Source: Methanoregula sp. PtaU1.Bin051 (GTDB taxonomy: Archaea > Halobacteriota > Methanomicrobia > Methanomicrobiales > Methanospirillaceae). Taken from it: a stretch of DNA of 64,000 bases. A program made the position numbers and the translations under genes. Each line of letters opens with the position of its first letter. Position 1 is the stretch's first letter. The notes under the pieces are model-generated. The model was not told where the DNA came from, made no database searches, and saw only the letters and a list, made by a program, of their open reading frames with translations. Positions 9,437-19,080 of this stretch are shown here, in pieces. The stretch is from assembly GCA_002067895.1 (NCBI GenBank), contig MVRE01000007.1:9149-73148 (forward strand). The letters run 5' to 3'.

Positions 9437-10897
9437 ATGGGGGCAGCAAGTCCTGATAAAAATACAGAGTCGCCAGCGATCTGCCATGTCCCAGATCGAC
9501 CGGTTACTAAGACCGGCAAATTGATCATCCTCTTCATTGCGGTTCTCGCAGGTTTCCTGACCCCTTTCGACGGTTCAGCTGTCAATGTCGCCCTCCCGGC
9601 AATCGGCACAGCGTTTCACATGGATGCAGTCGCCCTCTCGTGGGTGGCGACGGCATACCTCCTCTCTGCAGTCCTCTTCCTGGTTCCGTTCGGGAAGATT
9701 GCAGATATCTACGGCCGGAAGAAAATTTTCCTGATCGGGATAACAATCTTCGGGGCGGCATCGTTCCTTATGACCCTCGTCCCCTCGGCGGCAATGCTTA
9801 TTGCGGTCCGGATCATCCAGGGATTTGGTGCGTCCATGATCTACGGGACATCGGTTGCCATCGTGACCTCGGTCTTCCCGCCGGGTGAGCGGGGCAAGGC
9901 GCTGGGCATCTATACCACCGCAGTCTATCTCGGCCTGACCGTCGGCCCGTTCCTTGGGGGGATCATGACCGATGCTTTTGGCTGGCGGAGTATCTTTTAT
10001 ATCAATATCCCGATCGCAGTTGCCACGGTCGCCATCGTTATAGCAAGACTTGAAGGCGAATGGCTCGAATGCGAGGGCGAGAAATTCGACCTTGCCGGCT
10101 CTGTCCTTTACGGCCTTGCACTTGTCGCGGTCATGTACGGTTTTTCCGAACTCCCCTCTGCGTATGGAGGTATCCTGATTCTCGCTGGTATCATTCTCGC
10201 TGTCGCATTTGTCCTGTTCGAGCAGCGGCAGCAGTACCCGGTTCTCAGCCTGCGCCTCTTTTCTGAGAGCCGGGTCTTTACATTCTCGAGCCTCGCTGCA
10301 CTTATAAACTACAGCGCAACATTTGCCGTTTCTTTCCTTCTCTCCCTCTACCTCCAGTATACCAAGGGCTTCTCTCCGGAGGATACCGGTATTATTCTGG
10401 TTGCAGCCCCGCTTGTGCAGGCTGCGATAGCTCCCTTTGCGGGACGGCTCTCGGACCGGATCGAGCCGGGGATTATCGCCTCCGCAGGAATGGGTATCTC
10501 TACTTTCGGTGTCTTCATGCTGGTGTTCCTCTCGGGCACAACACCGTTGTGGTACATCGTCATCGCGCTGGTGGTGCTTGGGGCAGGCTTCGGTCTTTTC
10601 TCCTCCCCTAACACCAATGCAATCATGAGTTCGGTAAAAAAGAAGTACTATGGTGTTGCGTCTGGGATCGTGAGCACTATGCGCCTTTTAGGCCAGATGC
10701 TCTCGATGGGGATAGCGACCATGACTTTTGCCATCGTTATCGGGCGTGTCGAGATAACCCCGGAGCTGTACCCGGAGTTCAATGCCAGTATCCATTACGC
10801 ATTCATCATATTCACCGTTCTGTGTCTTCTCGGGATCTATGCATCCCTCATCAGGCACGAGCAGCGGAATATCGGCCCTGCCGGTCCCGCCATGTAA
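9437..10897 (+). CDS. MFS transporter (14-TMS DHA2/EmrB-like)
   Basis: About 14 hydrophobic segments and MFS motif-A-like GKIADIYGRKK. Confidence 0.85.
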   Translation: MGAASPDKNTESPAICHVPDRPVTKTGKLIILFIAVLAGFLTPFDGSAVNVALPAIGTAFHMDAVALSWVATAYLLSAVLFLVPFGKIADIYGRKKIFLIGITIFGAASFLMTLVPSAAMLIAVRIIQGFGASMIYGTSVAIVTSVFPPGERGKALGIYTTAVYLGLTVGPFLGGIMTDAFGWRSIFYINIPIAVATVAIVIARLEGEWLECEGEKFDLAGSVLYGLALVAVMYGFSELPSAYGGILILAGIILAVAFVLFEQRQQYPVLSLRLFSESRVFTFSSLAALINYSATFAVSFLLSLYLQYTKGFSPEDTGIILVAAPLVQAAIAPFAGRLSDRIEPGIIASAGMGISTFGVFMLVFLSGTTPLWYIVIALVVLGAGFGLFSSPNTNAIMSSVKKKYYGVASGIVSTMRLLGQMLSMGIATMTFAIVIGRVEITPELYPEFNASIHYAFIIFTVLCLLGIYASLIRHEQRNIGPAGPAM

Positions 10898-11028
10898 TGC
10901 ATAGAAGTGTCATAACCTTGTTGTCTCATCGATGCAATTTTTAAACTGCCTGTTCCTGCCTTTTCCCCGTGGGATTACCTCTTACCAGAGGGTTTATCAG
11001 AACTTGGTTGCTTAGAGGATCATTCAGG

Positions 11029-11544
11029 ATGGCGACATTCATATGCGACAGGTGCGGGAAGTGCTGCCGGAGTTTCGGGGCCTTCATTACTCCCGAGCGC
11101 CAGCTCGGTGAGAGGGACTATTACTGCCGTTACGGGATAACGGGCGAGATCTTCCTCGTCAACGTCCAGCCGGAATATGCCGGGGAGATAGCGGATGCTT
11201 TCGATGAGCTGACAGGGGCGGGGCAGGACGCTTCCGGCAGGGCATGCATATTCCTTCGGGAGAATCGTAAAGGCAGGGGATATTCCTGTGCCGTCTATCC
11301 TTCGCGCCCGTCAGTCTGCCGCGACTTCCTTTGCTACAGGATGCTCATTTACCTTGATGCAAGCGGGGAACTGCGGGGAAAAGTAATCGGTGCTAACGAT
11401 TTGCGGACAAAAGACGCTGTCCTTAAGGAGATCTGGGACGAAGAGATCTCGAAGCTCCCGCGATCGGACGATAGCGCGTGGTCCGGTTCTGTATTGAAGA
11501 TCCTGGCATCACACGGTTACCGCGGGGAACCGGTCGAAGGATAA
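11029..11544 (+). CDS. YkgJ/UPF0153 CxxCxxCC cysteine-cluster protein
   Basis: CDRCGKCC at the N-terminus and CAVYPSRPSVCRDFLC later in the protein. ATG at 11029. Confidence 0.7.
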   Translation: MATFICDRCGKCCRSFGAFITPERQLGERDYYCRYGITGEIFLVNVQPEYAGEIADAFDELTGAGQDASGRACIFLRENRKGRGYSCAVYPSRPSVCRDFLCYRMLIYLDASGELRGKVIGANDLRTKDAVLKEIWDEEISKLPRSDDSAWSGSVLKILASHGYRGEPVEG

Positions 11545-11591
11545 GGGGCGCTGCACAATCCTTATCACTGCACTTCCCTTACCCTTGTACG

Positions 11592-12431
11592 ATGAAGAAA
11601 GGCACCGCATTGTCCCTGTACGACCGGATTGCTGCGGCAACGGAGGCGGCGGCACGGGAAGCGGTTATCTTCCTGCCGCCTGACGTGAAGCGGGCACTCG
11701 GGATTGCGGCGGCACGTGAGACGAATCCTGTTGCCCGGGGCGAATTTGAGAATATCCTGAAGAATATCGCCGTCGCCGAAGAATCGGGAGTCCCGCTATG
11801 CCAGGACACGGGTGTGCCGGTTGTCTATCTTACGATCCCGCCGGATCTCCCGCTGACACCGGCTCTCTACGATGCCGTGGCCGAAGGTATCAGGAAGGCG
11901 ACAGGATCCATACCGCTCCGCCCCAATGTTGTCGATCCGCTGTCACGCCACAATACCGGAGACAATACCGGTGAAGGGATGCCGGCGATCCATGTAAAGC
12001 CCGGTGACCGGCTCACGGTGACCGTGCTTCCCAAGGGTGCAGGTGCGGAGAATGTCTCCCGGATTACGATGATGCTGCCATCCCGTAGGGAAGAGGTTGA
12101 AAAGTTCGTGGTCGAAACGATGCTGCTTGCGGAAGGGAAACCCTGCCCGCCGGTCGTGCTCGGTGTCGGGATCGGCGGGACGTTTGACAGCTGCGCAGCG
12201 CTTGCCAAGGAGGCGCTCCTCCTCCCGATTGATGAGATGACGGAATACGAGCAGCGGCTCTGTGACGCTGTGAACCGGCTCGGGATCGGCCCGATGGGGA
12301 TGGGAGGGGATACGACTGCGCTTGCCGTCAAGGTCAAGACGGCCGCATGCCACACGGCCTCGCTTCCGGTGGCGGTCAACGTCCAGTGCTGGGCGAACAG
12401 GCATGCAACCGTTGAGGTGAAAAGGACATGA
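11592..12431 (+). CDS. class I (Fe-S) fumarate hydratase, alpha subunit
   Basis: Fe-S hydro-lyase alpha region (PLCQDTGVPVVY). ATG at 11592. ATGA overlap with the beta subunit. Confidence 0.85.
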   Translation: MKKGTALSLYDRIAAATEAAAREAVIFLPPDVKRALGIAAARETNPVARGEFENILKNIAVAEESGVPLCQDTGVPVVYLTIPPDLPLTPALYDAVAEGIRKATGSIPLRPNVVDPLSRHNTGDNTGEGMPAIHVKPGDRLTVTVLPKGAGAENVSRITMMLPSRREEVEKFVVETMLLAEGKPCPPVVLGVGIGGTFDSCAALAKEALLLPIDEMTEYEQRLCDAVNRLGIGPMGMGGDTTALAVKVKTAACHTASLPVAVNVQCWANRHATVEVKRT

Positions 12432-12985
12432 AGCGGCCGGTCCGGCTCAATACTCCGCTGGGCGATGAAGTCCTCGCTCTTAAGGCGGGCGACCATGTCG
12501 AACTTTCGGGAACGGTCTACACCGCACGGGACGAAGCCCACCTCCGGATGATGAAGGACGGGATCCCGTTCGACCCGAAAGGTGCGGCAGTCTATCACTG
12601 CGGGCCGGTAATCGAAGGTAGTCGCGTGATCGCGGCAGGCCCGACCACGTCGGCACGGATGAACAGGCTCTCCGGCTTCCTCATCGATGCCGGCATCCGT
12701 GCCCTGATCGGCAAGGGGGGCATGGACAAGACGGTCCGGGATCAGCTGAAGGGAAGAGGGGTGTACCTCGCTTTCACCGGAGGTGCCGCCGCGCTTGCCG
12801 CGTCCCACATGACGTTAAAAGGGGTCCTTTTTGAAGACCTCGGTATGGCCGAGGCGGTCTGGATCATCGATCTTGACCGGCTCCCGCTCGTTGTCGGGAT
12901 CGATGCGCATGGCGGCGATATCTTCGAGAACGCCCGGGCCAAGGCTCAAAAAGAATACGAACGGTACAGGAAAGGACTGGCCTGA
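12428..12985 (+). CDS. class I fumarate hydratase, beta subunit
   Basis: Fe-S hydro-lyase beta region (GTVYTARDEAHLRM...YHCGP). Confidence 0.85.
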   Translation: MKRPVRLNTPLGDEVLALKAGDHVELSGTVYTARDEAHLRMMKDGIPFDPKGAAVYHCGPVIEGSRVIAAGPTTSARMNRLSGFLIDAGIRALIGKGGMDKTVRDQLKGRGVYLAFTGGAAALAASHMTLKGVLFEDLGMAEAVWIIDLDRLPLVVGIDAHGGDIFENARAKAQKEYERYRKGLA

Positions 12986-13054
12986 ACCGACCACTCATAA
13001 TAAATAGGTTTTTTTCATCCGGGCTTGCACATTATACGATAGGATATTTATTCC

Positions 13055-13327
13055 ATGAAGCTCGCCATCGACGAGACCCGGTGCAAGGGGTGCAACCTGT
13101 GTACCAAGGTATGCCCTTATAAGATCTTCCGTGAAGGAAAGAAGCCCAACCGGCGCGGGATCGTGGTACCGGAACTCGACCGGCCCGAGCGCTGCGCGAA
13201 CTGCCGGCTGCAGAAACTGTACGGGCGGAGGCTCTGCGGGATCTGCGAGCTGACCTGCCCCGACCAGGCCATCCACTGGGTCGAGGAAGAGCCGTACGAA
13301 CCGCACAAGGTGGCGATCGAATATTGA
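13055..13327 (+). CDS. korD: 2-oxoglutarate:ferredoxin oxidoreductase delta subunit (2x[4Fe-4S] ferredoxin)
   Basis: CKGCNLCTKVCP and CGICELTCP motifs. Directly precedes the alpha, beta and gamma subunits. Confidence 0.8.
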   Translation: MKLAIDETRCKGCNLCTKVCPYKIFREGKKPNRRGIVVPELDRPERCANCRLQKLYGRRLCGICELTCPDQAIHWVEEEPYEPHKVAIEY

Positions 13328-14424
13328 CGCGGACTGAATTCTGGCAGGGAAACACCGCGTGCGCCGAGGGAGCGCTCGCAGCCGGCTGCAACTTTTTCGG
13401 GGGGTACCCCATCACGCCGTCGACCGAGGTCGCCGAGCACATGGCGCTCAGGCTTCCGAAGAAGAACGGCGTATTCATCCAGATGGAGGACGAGCTCGCA
13501 AGCATGGCGGCAATCATCGGGGCGTCATGGACCGGTGCCCGGGCGATGACGGCAACGAGCGGCCCCGGTTTCTCGCTGATGATGGAGAACATCGGGTTTG
13601 CGGCGATGACGGAGACGCCCTGCGTGATCGTCAACGTCCAGCGGGGCGGCCCCTCAACCGGCCAGCCGACGATGGGTGCGCAGGGCGATATGATGCAGTG
13701 CCGGTTCGGTTCCCATGGCGATTATTCCGTAATCGCCCTGTGCCCTGCAAGCGTGCAGGAGATGTTCGAGCTCACGGCAAAGGCATTCAACCTTGCCGAC
13801 CGGTACCGTGTGCCGGTCTTTCTGATGGCAGACGAGATCGTCGGCCACATGCGGGAGAAGATCACGGTCCCGGATTCGGTCGAGCGGGTGGCAAGAAGGG
13901 AACTGATCAGGGGCACGCTCCCGTTTGCGGCGGGAGACGACCTCGTGCCCGGTTTTGCCACGTTCGGGAAGGGATACGGGGTACACGTAACCGGCCTTAC
14001 GCATGATGAGCGCGGTTACCCCTGCACGACAAACGTGAAGATCCACCACAACCTGGTCAAGCGCCTTGTCGACAAGGTGGAGAATGCCCGGCGCGATGTG
14101 GCGGACTTCGATATCATCAACCCGGATGCCGGGGATGTCTTCATCGCGTACGGGGCGCCGGTCCGCACGGTGCAGCAGGTGCTTCACGATAACCCGGGCC
14201 GTAAGATCGGTTTCCTCCGGATCCGGACGGTCTGGCCGTTCCCGGACTTCGCGCTGGGCCAGTTCAAAAACGCACGACGGTTCCTTGTACCGGAAATGAA
14301 TTTCGGGCAGATCGCCCGGGAGATCGAGCGGCACGTGCGGGTACCGGTCGTCTCCATTCCCAAGCTGGGCGGGGATCTCCACCTGCCCGGGGAGCTCATG
14401 GCAGCACTGGAGGCGCGTTTATGA
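13324..14424 (+). CDS. korA: 2-oxoacid:ferredoxin oxidoreductase alpha subunit
   Basis: GNTACAEGALAAGCNFFGGYPITPSTE N-terminus. TTG start overlaps the korD stop (TTGA). Confidence 0.9.
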   Translation: MTRTEFWQGNTACAEGALAAGCNFFGGYPITPSTEVAEHMALRLPKKNGVFIQMEDELASMAAIIGASWTGARAMTATSGPGFSLMMENIGFAAMTETPCVIVNVQRGGPSTGQPTMGAQGDMMQCRFGSHGDYSVIALCPASVQEMFELTAKAFNLADRYRVPVFLMADEIVGHMREKITVPDSVERVARRELIRGTLPFAAGDDLVPGFATFGKGYGVHVTGLTHDERGYPCTTNVKIHHNLVKRLVDKVENARRDVADFDIINPDAGDVFIAYGAPVRTVQQVLHDNPGRKIGFLRIRTVWPFPDFALGQFKNARRFLVPEMNFGQIAREIERHVRVPVVSIPKLGGDLHLPGELMAALEARL

Positions 14425-15209
14425 CATTCGAGGACTGGTTCCGGAAGGACAGGCTGCCCCATATCTTCTGTGCCGGCTGCGGGAACGGGACGATCATCAA
14501 CTGCACGCTTGCAGCGGTCGACCAGATGGACTGGAAGAAGGAAGAGACGGTCTTTGTGTCCGGGATAGGGTGCTCCTCGCGGGCGCCGGGCTATATCATG
14601 ACCGATTCCCTGCATACGACCCATGGCCGGGCACTTGCGTTTGCCACGGGTGTCAAGATGGCGAACAGGAAACTGAACGTCGTCGTATTCACCGGCGATG
14701 GCGACCTCGCGGCTATCGGCGGGAACCATTTCATCCACGCCTGCCGCAGGAACATCGACATGACGGTTGTCTGCATGAACAACCAGATCTACGGGATGAC
14801 CGGGGGGCAGGGCAGCCCGACGACGCCGAGGGGGTATCTCTCCACGACGACCCCGTACGGGAGCGCGGAACCTGCGTTCGATCTCTGCGATCTGGCGATT
14901 GCCGCCGGCGCCAACTACGTAGCCCGCTGGACTTCCTACCATGTGAAGGAGCTGGAAAAAGCGGTCCTTGCCGGCCTCCAGACGCCAGGGCTCTCGTTCA
15001 TCGAGGCGATGACCCAGTGCCCGACGAACTTCGGGCGCCGGAACAAGTTCAGGCAGGTTGCCGACCAGGTTGAATTCCTGAAAAAACACTCGTTATTAAA
15101 AGTGAAACGCGACCGGCTGCTGCTCGAGAACAAGGAGGTGCCTGCCGATATGTTCGTTGTCGGGGAGCTTGTCCGGAGGAGCCGGCCGGCAATGGGGGTG
15201 TCTCCATGA
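14421..15209 (+). CDS. korB: 2-oxoacid:ferredoxin oxidoreductase beta subunit (TPP-binding)
   Basis: CAGCGNG and GDGD...IGGNH TPP motifs. ATGA overlap at both ends. Confidence 0.9.
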   Translation: MTFEDWFRKDRLPHIFCAGCGNGTIINCTLAAVDQMDWKKEETVFVSGIGCSSRAPGYIMTDSLHTTHGRALAFATGVKMANRKLNVVVFTGDGDLAAIGGNHFIHACRRNIDMTVVCMNNQIYGMTGGQGSPTTPRGYLSTTTPYGSAEPAFDLCDLAIAAGANYVARWTSYHVKELEKAVLAGLQTPGLSFIEAMTQCPTNFGRRNKFRQVADQVEFLKKHSLLKVKRDRLLLENKEVPADMFVVGELVRRSRPAMGVSP

Positions 15210-15760
15210 GGCACGAAGTCAGGTTCTCCGGGTTCGGCGGGCAGGGGATCATCCTCTCTGCCGTGATCCTCGGCCGTGCCGCAGTGATGTATGATGACAA
15301 GTTTGCAGTGCAGACACAGGTATACGGCCCGGAGGCACGGGGCGGGGCATCCATGAGTGCGCTTATCATCGACGACGAGCAGATCCTCTTCCCCAAGGTG
15401 ACGCACCCTGACATCTATGTGATCATGTCGCAGGAGGGATTCGAAAAGTATGGTGCGGACGCTCCGGCGGAGGCCGTTATGGTGCTGGACTCGTCCCTCG
15501 TCCACTCCCGCCCGAAGTGCCGGTGTTACGAGATCCCTGCAACGAGAGAGGCGAAGCAGACGCTGGGCAGGGACATTGTCGCAAACATCGTGATGCTGGG
15601 GGCGCTTGTAAAGACAACCGGCATCGTGAACGAGGCAGCACTCGAAAAGGCAATCCTCGACTCCGTCCCGAAGGGCACGGAGGCCCTGAACACCAAAGCA
15701 ATGAAGAAGGGTATCGAGCTTGCGGAAGCTGCGATAAAAGCTGCGGGGCAGAGAGCATGA
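15206..15760 (+). CDS. korG: 2-oxoacid:ferredoxin oxidoreductase gamma subunit
   Basis: RFSGFGGQGIILSAVILG N-terminus, typical of gamma subunits. Confidence 0.9.
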   Translation: MRHEVRFSGFGGQGIILSAVILGRAAVMYDDKFAVQTQVYGPEARGGASMSALIIDDEQILFPKVTHPDIYVIMSQEGFEKYGADAPAEAVMVLDSSLVHSRPKCRCYEIPATREAKQTLGRDIVANIVMLGALVKTTGIVNEAALEKAILDSVPKGTEALNTKAMKKGIELAEAAIKAAGQRA

Positions 15761-16842
15761 AGTTACGCGAATACGAGGCAAAGAAGGTATTGAGGGAGGC
15801 CGGGATTCCAGTCCCGTCCGGGGTACTGATCCGTCAGGCAGAAGAACTCAGTTCCCACCTTGACGCGCTGGGCGACGCAATCGTGCTGAAAGCACAGGTG
15901 GATGTCGGCGGCAGGGGAAAGGCCGGCGGGATCCTGATGGCTGACAGGGTGACGGCGCTTGCCAAAGCCCGCGAGCTCTTCTCAAAACAGATCAGGGGAC
16001 TTCCGGTAAAGGAAATCCTTGCCGAGCAGAAGCTTGCGATCCAGAAGGAGTACTACCTCTCGATCACGGTCGACCGGTCGGCAAAGCAGCCTCTCGTCCT
16101 CTTCTCCGATGCCGGCGGGGTCGAGATCGAGACGACGGCAAAGGAGAACCCCGGCGCGATACGGAAAGCGGTTGCGCTTCCCCTGATGCGGGATCTCCCG
16201 CCGTTCATGCTCCGGGAACTTGCAGGAAAAGCGCCGAAGGAAGTGATGCCGGTCATCAATAAACTGTACCGGCTCTTCCTCGAAAAAGACGCCCTGCTTG
16301 CCGAGATCAACCCGCTGGTGGTAACCCCGGACGGGGTCTTTGCGGCAGACGCGAAGATCATCATCGACGACAACGCGCTTGCCCGGCAGGGGATCACGGT
16401 CAACCGGGACCTCTCGGAACGCGAGCGCGAGGCGGAGAAGCACGGTTTCTCCTACGTGGAACTGGACGGCACAATCGGGGTGATCGGCAACGGCGCCGGC
16501 CTCACGATGTCCACGCTCGACCTGATCGAGTACTACGGCGGGAAGGCGGCAAACTTCCTCGATGTCGGCGGCGGTGCGGAGAGCGATCGCGTGATGAACG
16601 CGGTGCGGCTTGTTGCAGGCGTGCCCTCTGTCAAAGTCATCGTCGTGAACCTCCTTGGCGGGATCACGAAATGTGACGAGGTGGCAAAAGGGATCATCGC
16701 TGCAGGAATCTCCCAGAGGGTGATCGTGCGGCTCGCCGGCACCAACGAGGCCGAGGGCAGGAGGCTTCTCTCCGAGAAAGGCTACGAGATGCTGGACACG
16801 ATGGACCTTGTTGTGAAGAAAGCCGTGGAGGTTGCAGCATGA
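15757..16842 (+). CDS. sucC: succinyl-CoA synthetase beta subunit
   Basis: MKLREYEAKKVLREAGIPVP ATP-grasp N-terminus. True ATG at 15757 (ATGA overlap with korG), not the ORF-track start at 15517. Confidence 0.9.
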   Translation: MKLREYEAKKVLREAGIPVPSGVLIRQAEELSSHLDALGDAIVLKAQVDVGGRGKAGGILMADRVTALAKARELFSKQIRGLPVKEILAEQKLAIQKEYYLSITVDRSAKQPLVLFSDAGGVEIETTAKENPGAIRKAVALPLMRDLPPFMLRELAGKAPKEVMPVINKLYRLFLEKDALLAEINPLVVTPDGVFAADAKIIIDDNALARQGITVNRDLSEREREAEKHGFSYVELDGTIGVIGNGAGLTMSTLDLIEYYGGKAANFLDVGGGAESDRVMNAVRLVAGVPSVKVIVVNLLGGITKCDEVAKGIIAAGISQRVIVRLAGTNEAEGRRLLSEKGYEMLDTMDLVVKKAVEVAA

Positions 16843-17717
16843 TCTACGGCGATAAAACGACGGGTGTCCTCGTGCAGGGGGCAACGGGAAAGCAGGGCGA
16901 GTTCCACATCGGGCTGATGAACGCCTATGCAAAACAGGTCGGCGGCAGGGGTGTTGTCGCCGGCGTAACTCCGGGAAAAGGCGGGCAGCAGGTGCACGGA
17001 GTTCCGGTCTACAACACCGTCAGGGAGGCCATGCGCGACCATGATATCGGGGCGGCGGTCATCTTCGTCCCTGCGGGAGCTGCTGCCGATTCGATCATGG
17101 AGGAGGCAAATGCCGGTATTCCAACCATCGTCTGCATCACCGAGCATATCCCGGTCCACGACACGATGAAGGCGGTCGCGTACGCAAAGGTGCAGGGAAG
17201 CGTCGTTATCGGCCCCAACTGCCCCGGGCTCCTCTCGCCCGGCGAGGTGAAGATGGGGATCATGCCGGCCCAGCTCTTCAGCCGGGGCAATGTGGGGGTG
17301 ATCTCCCGGTCCGGAACGCTCACGTACGAGGTTGTCGACGAGCTGACGCGGGCCGGCATCGGACAGAGCACAGTTGTCGGTATCGGAGGAGATCCGGTGA
17401 TCGGGCAGACCTTTGTTGACGTGCTGGAACGTTTCGAGAAGGATCCGGAGACGAAGGCGGTCGTGCTCATCGGCGAGGTCGGCGGGAACCTCGAAGAGGA
17501 AGGGGCGGATTCGACCGATATGCCGATCGTCGCCTATATCGCCGGCGTGTCGGCCCCCCCGGACAAGCGGATGGGGCACGCCGGGGCGATCGTGGAAGGC
17601 GGGGAAGGCGACGCCCGGTCCAAGATCTCCCGGCTGAAGAAGAACGGCGTTCCGGTAGCCTCCCGTGTATCCGAGATCCCGGCGATGGTTAAGGACCTGT
17701 TCTTGTGCAGGTGTTAA
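16839..17717 (+). CDS. sucD: succinyl-CoA synthetase alpha subunit
   Basis: VQGATGKQG CoA-binding motif, SRSGTLTYE, and the catalytic His region MGHAGAIV. Confidence 0.92.
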   Translation: MIYGDKTTGVLVQGATGKQGEFHIGLMNAYAKQVGGRGVVAGVTPGKGGQQVHGVPVYNTVREAMRDHDIGAAVIFVPAGAAADSIMEEANAGIPTIVCITEHIPVHDTMKAVAYAKVQGSVVIGPNCPGLLSPGEVKMGIMPAQLFSRGNVGVISRSGTLTYEVVDELTRAGIGQSTVVGIGGDPVIGQTFVDVLERFEKDPETKAVVLIGEVGGNLEEEGADSTDMPIVAYIAGVSAPPDKRMGHAGAIVEGGEGDARSKISRLKKNGVPVASRVSEIPAMVKDLFLCRC

Positions 17718-17754
17718 CTTTCTTTTTTAGGATCTGCACTCTTTTTCTGCTGCG

Positions 17755-19080
17755 TCAGTCATACAGGCTGGGCACAGGGTACCCCTTTGCCAGGAATGCT
17801 GACGAGATCTCCCTTCTGAGCTGTTCGAGCCGGTCCTCCTTCTCACGGGTATTTGTGGAAAGCTGCCAGATTACGGTATCCGCTTCCGTCATCTCGGCAC
17901 GGTCCGGATCCGGCACACCGTAGGTCTGCTGCAGGAGGCCGATCATCTTCCTGTTCACGTCGACATGCCGCGAGAGTTTTGCAAACTCGCAGTACATGTC
18001 CCGGGAAACACCGGCTTTCCTGGCAAGGGCAAGGGTCGACTGCATATTCTTTCTCCGGTGCAGGATGCTCTTAATCGCGGTATCGAGCTTGTTCTTCCCG
18101 AAAGGTTTCATCAGATAGTCTTCGATACAGATGTTGAATTCCTTCGCTTCGGCGGCCGTGAGCTGCTTCCCGGTAAGCATGAGGACCGGTATGTTCTTCG
18201 TCCGCGCATCAGCCTTGAGCTGCCGGAGTGTCTGCCAGCCGTCCATGGGCTGCATCATGATGTCGAGCAGGATCACGTCCGGCAGATCCCTCATCTTCCG
18301 GATCATCTCGAGGCATTCCCTGCCGCCGGTCGCAGACTGCACGGAATAATTCTGTTCCTGGAGCACCACAGTAACGAGATCCACAATTAAGGGTTCGTCA
18401 TCGACAACAAGGACCTTCTGGCGGGCTGGTGCGACGGTCTTTGCCCGCGATCGCATAAGAATATAGGACGACAGGATCGCGACAATGAGAAGGGCTAGTG
18501 CTGCTGCCTGTATGTAGATACCGGGAAATCCTGCAGCTGCCCCTGACGTCTGTTCCTGTGCCGCGGTGTTTCCCTGCGATGTGACAGGGAGGCAATCAGG
18601 ATCTCCGGGAAAATCCAGACAAAATGCGGCAGTTGAGGGGGAAAGATCGACGGAGACGAGATGAGTGCCGGTCTGTACCGAGTACAGGCTGAACGTATGC
18701 ATACCTGGCATAAAGGGGAGGGTGATGACCATATCAGCGGCCGTGGAGCGTTCCAGGTATCCCCGGAGGATGGGTCTCTCCGTTTCCGCGTTATCAATAC
18801 TGTCTCCGATTGCAATGCCCGGTTCCATGAGGAAGAATGTTGAGATCTCCCTGCCTTTTGGATCCGTTATGACTGCCCTGAGATTCCCCGACATCAGGGC
18901 CGGGTTCGGGGCTTTTCCGTATTGTACATGCTGTCCTGTTTCCGCGTAGGTACCATCCTCGTACTTCAGCTGGATTACGTGAATTTTCTCATAATCCGGG
19001 GATCCTTGTTCCTGTGCATACGCAGTGCATGACAGCAGGAGGAGGGATGCGATCAGCAGAACAATAATTGTACCTCTCAT
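17755..19080 (-). CDS. membrane-anchored response-regulator receiver protein (signal peptide, ectodomain, TM, REC, ~110-aa tail)
   Basis: ATG at 19080 (MRGTIIVLLIASLLLLSC). TM segment IYIQAAALALLIVAILSSYIL. REC motifs VVDDEP, LLDIMM, MLTG and MKPF. ATGA overlap with the upstream protease gene. Confidence 0.75.
   Translation of the reverse strand: MRGTIIVLLIASLLLLSCTAYAQEQGSPDYEKIHVIQLKYEDGTYAETGQHVQYGKAPNPALMSGNLRAVITDPKGREISTFFLMEPGIAIGDSIDNAETERPILRGYLERSTAADMVITLPFMPGMHTFSLYSVQTGTHLVSVDLSPSTAAFCLDFPGDPDCLPVTSQGNTAAQEQTSGAAAGFPGIYIQAAALALLIVAILSSYILMRSRAKTVAPARQKVLVVDDEPLIVDLVTVVLQEQNYSVQSATGGRECLEMIRKMRDLPDVILLDIMMQPMDGWQTLRQLKADARTKNIPVLMLTGKQLTAAEAKEFNICIEDYLMKPFGKNKLDTAIKSILHRRKNMQSTLALARKAGVSRDMYCEFAKLSRHVDVNRKMIGLLQQTYGVPDPDRAEMTEADTVIWQLSTNTREKEDRLEQLRREISSAFLAKGYPVPSLYD

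Noticed and set aside
15517-15756. N-terminal 80-aa extension of sucC in the ORF track
   Set aside because: The extension is another reading frame of korG. The conserved SucC N-terminus MKLREYEAK starts at 15757 with an ATGA overlap.
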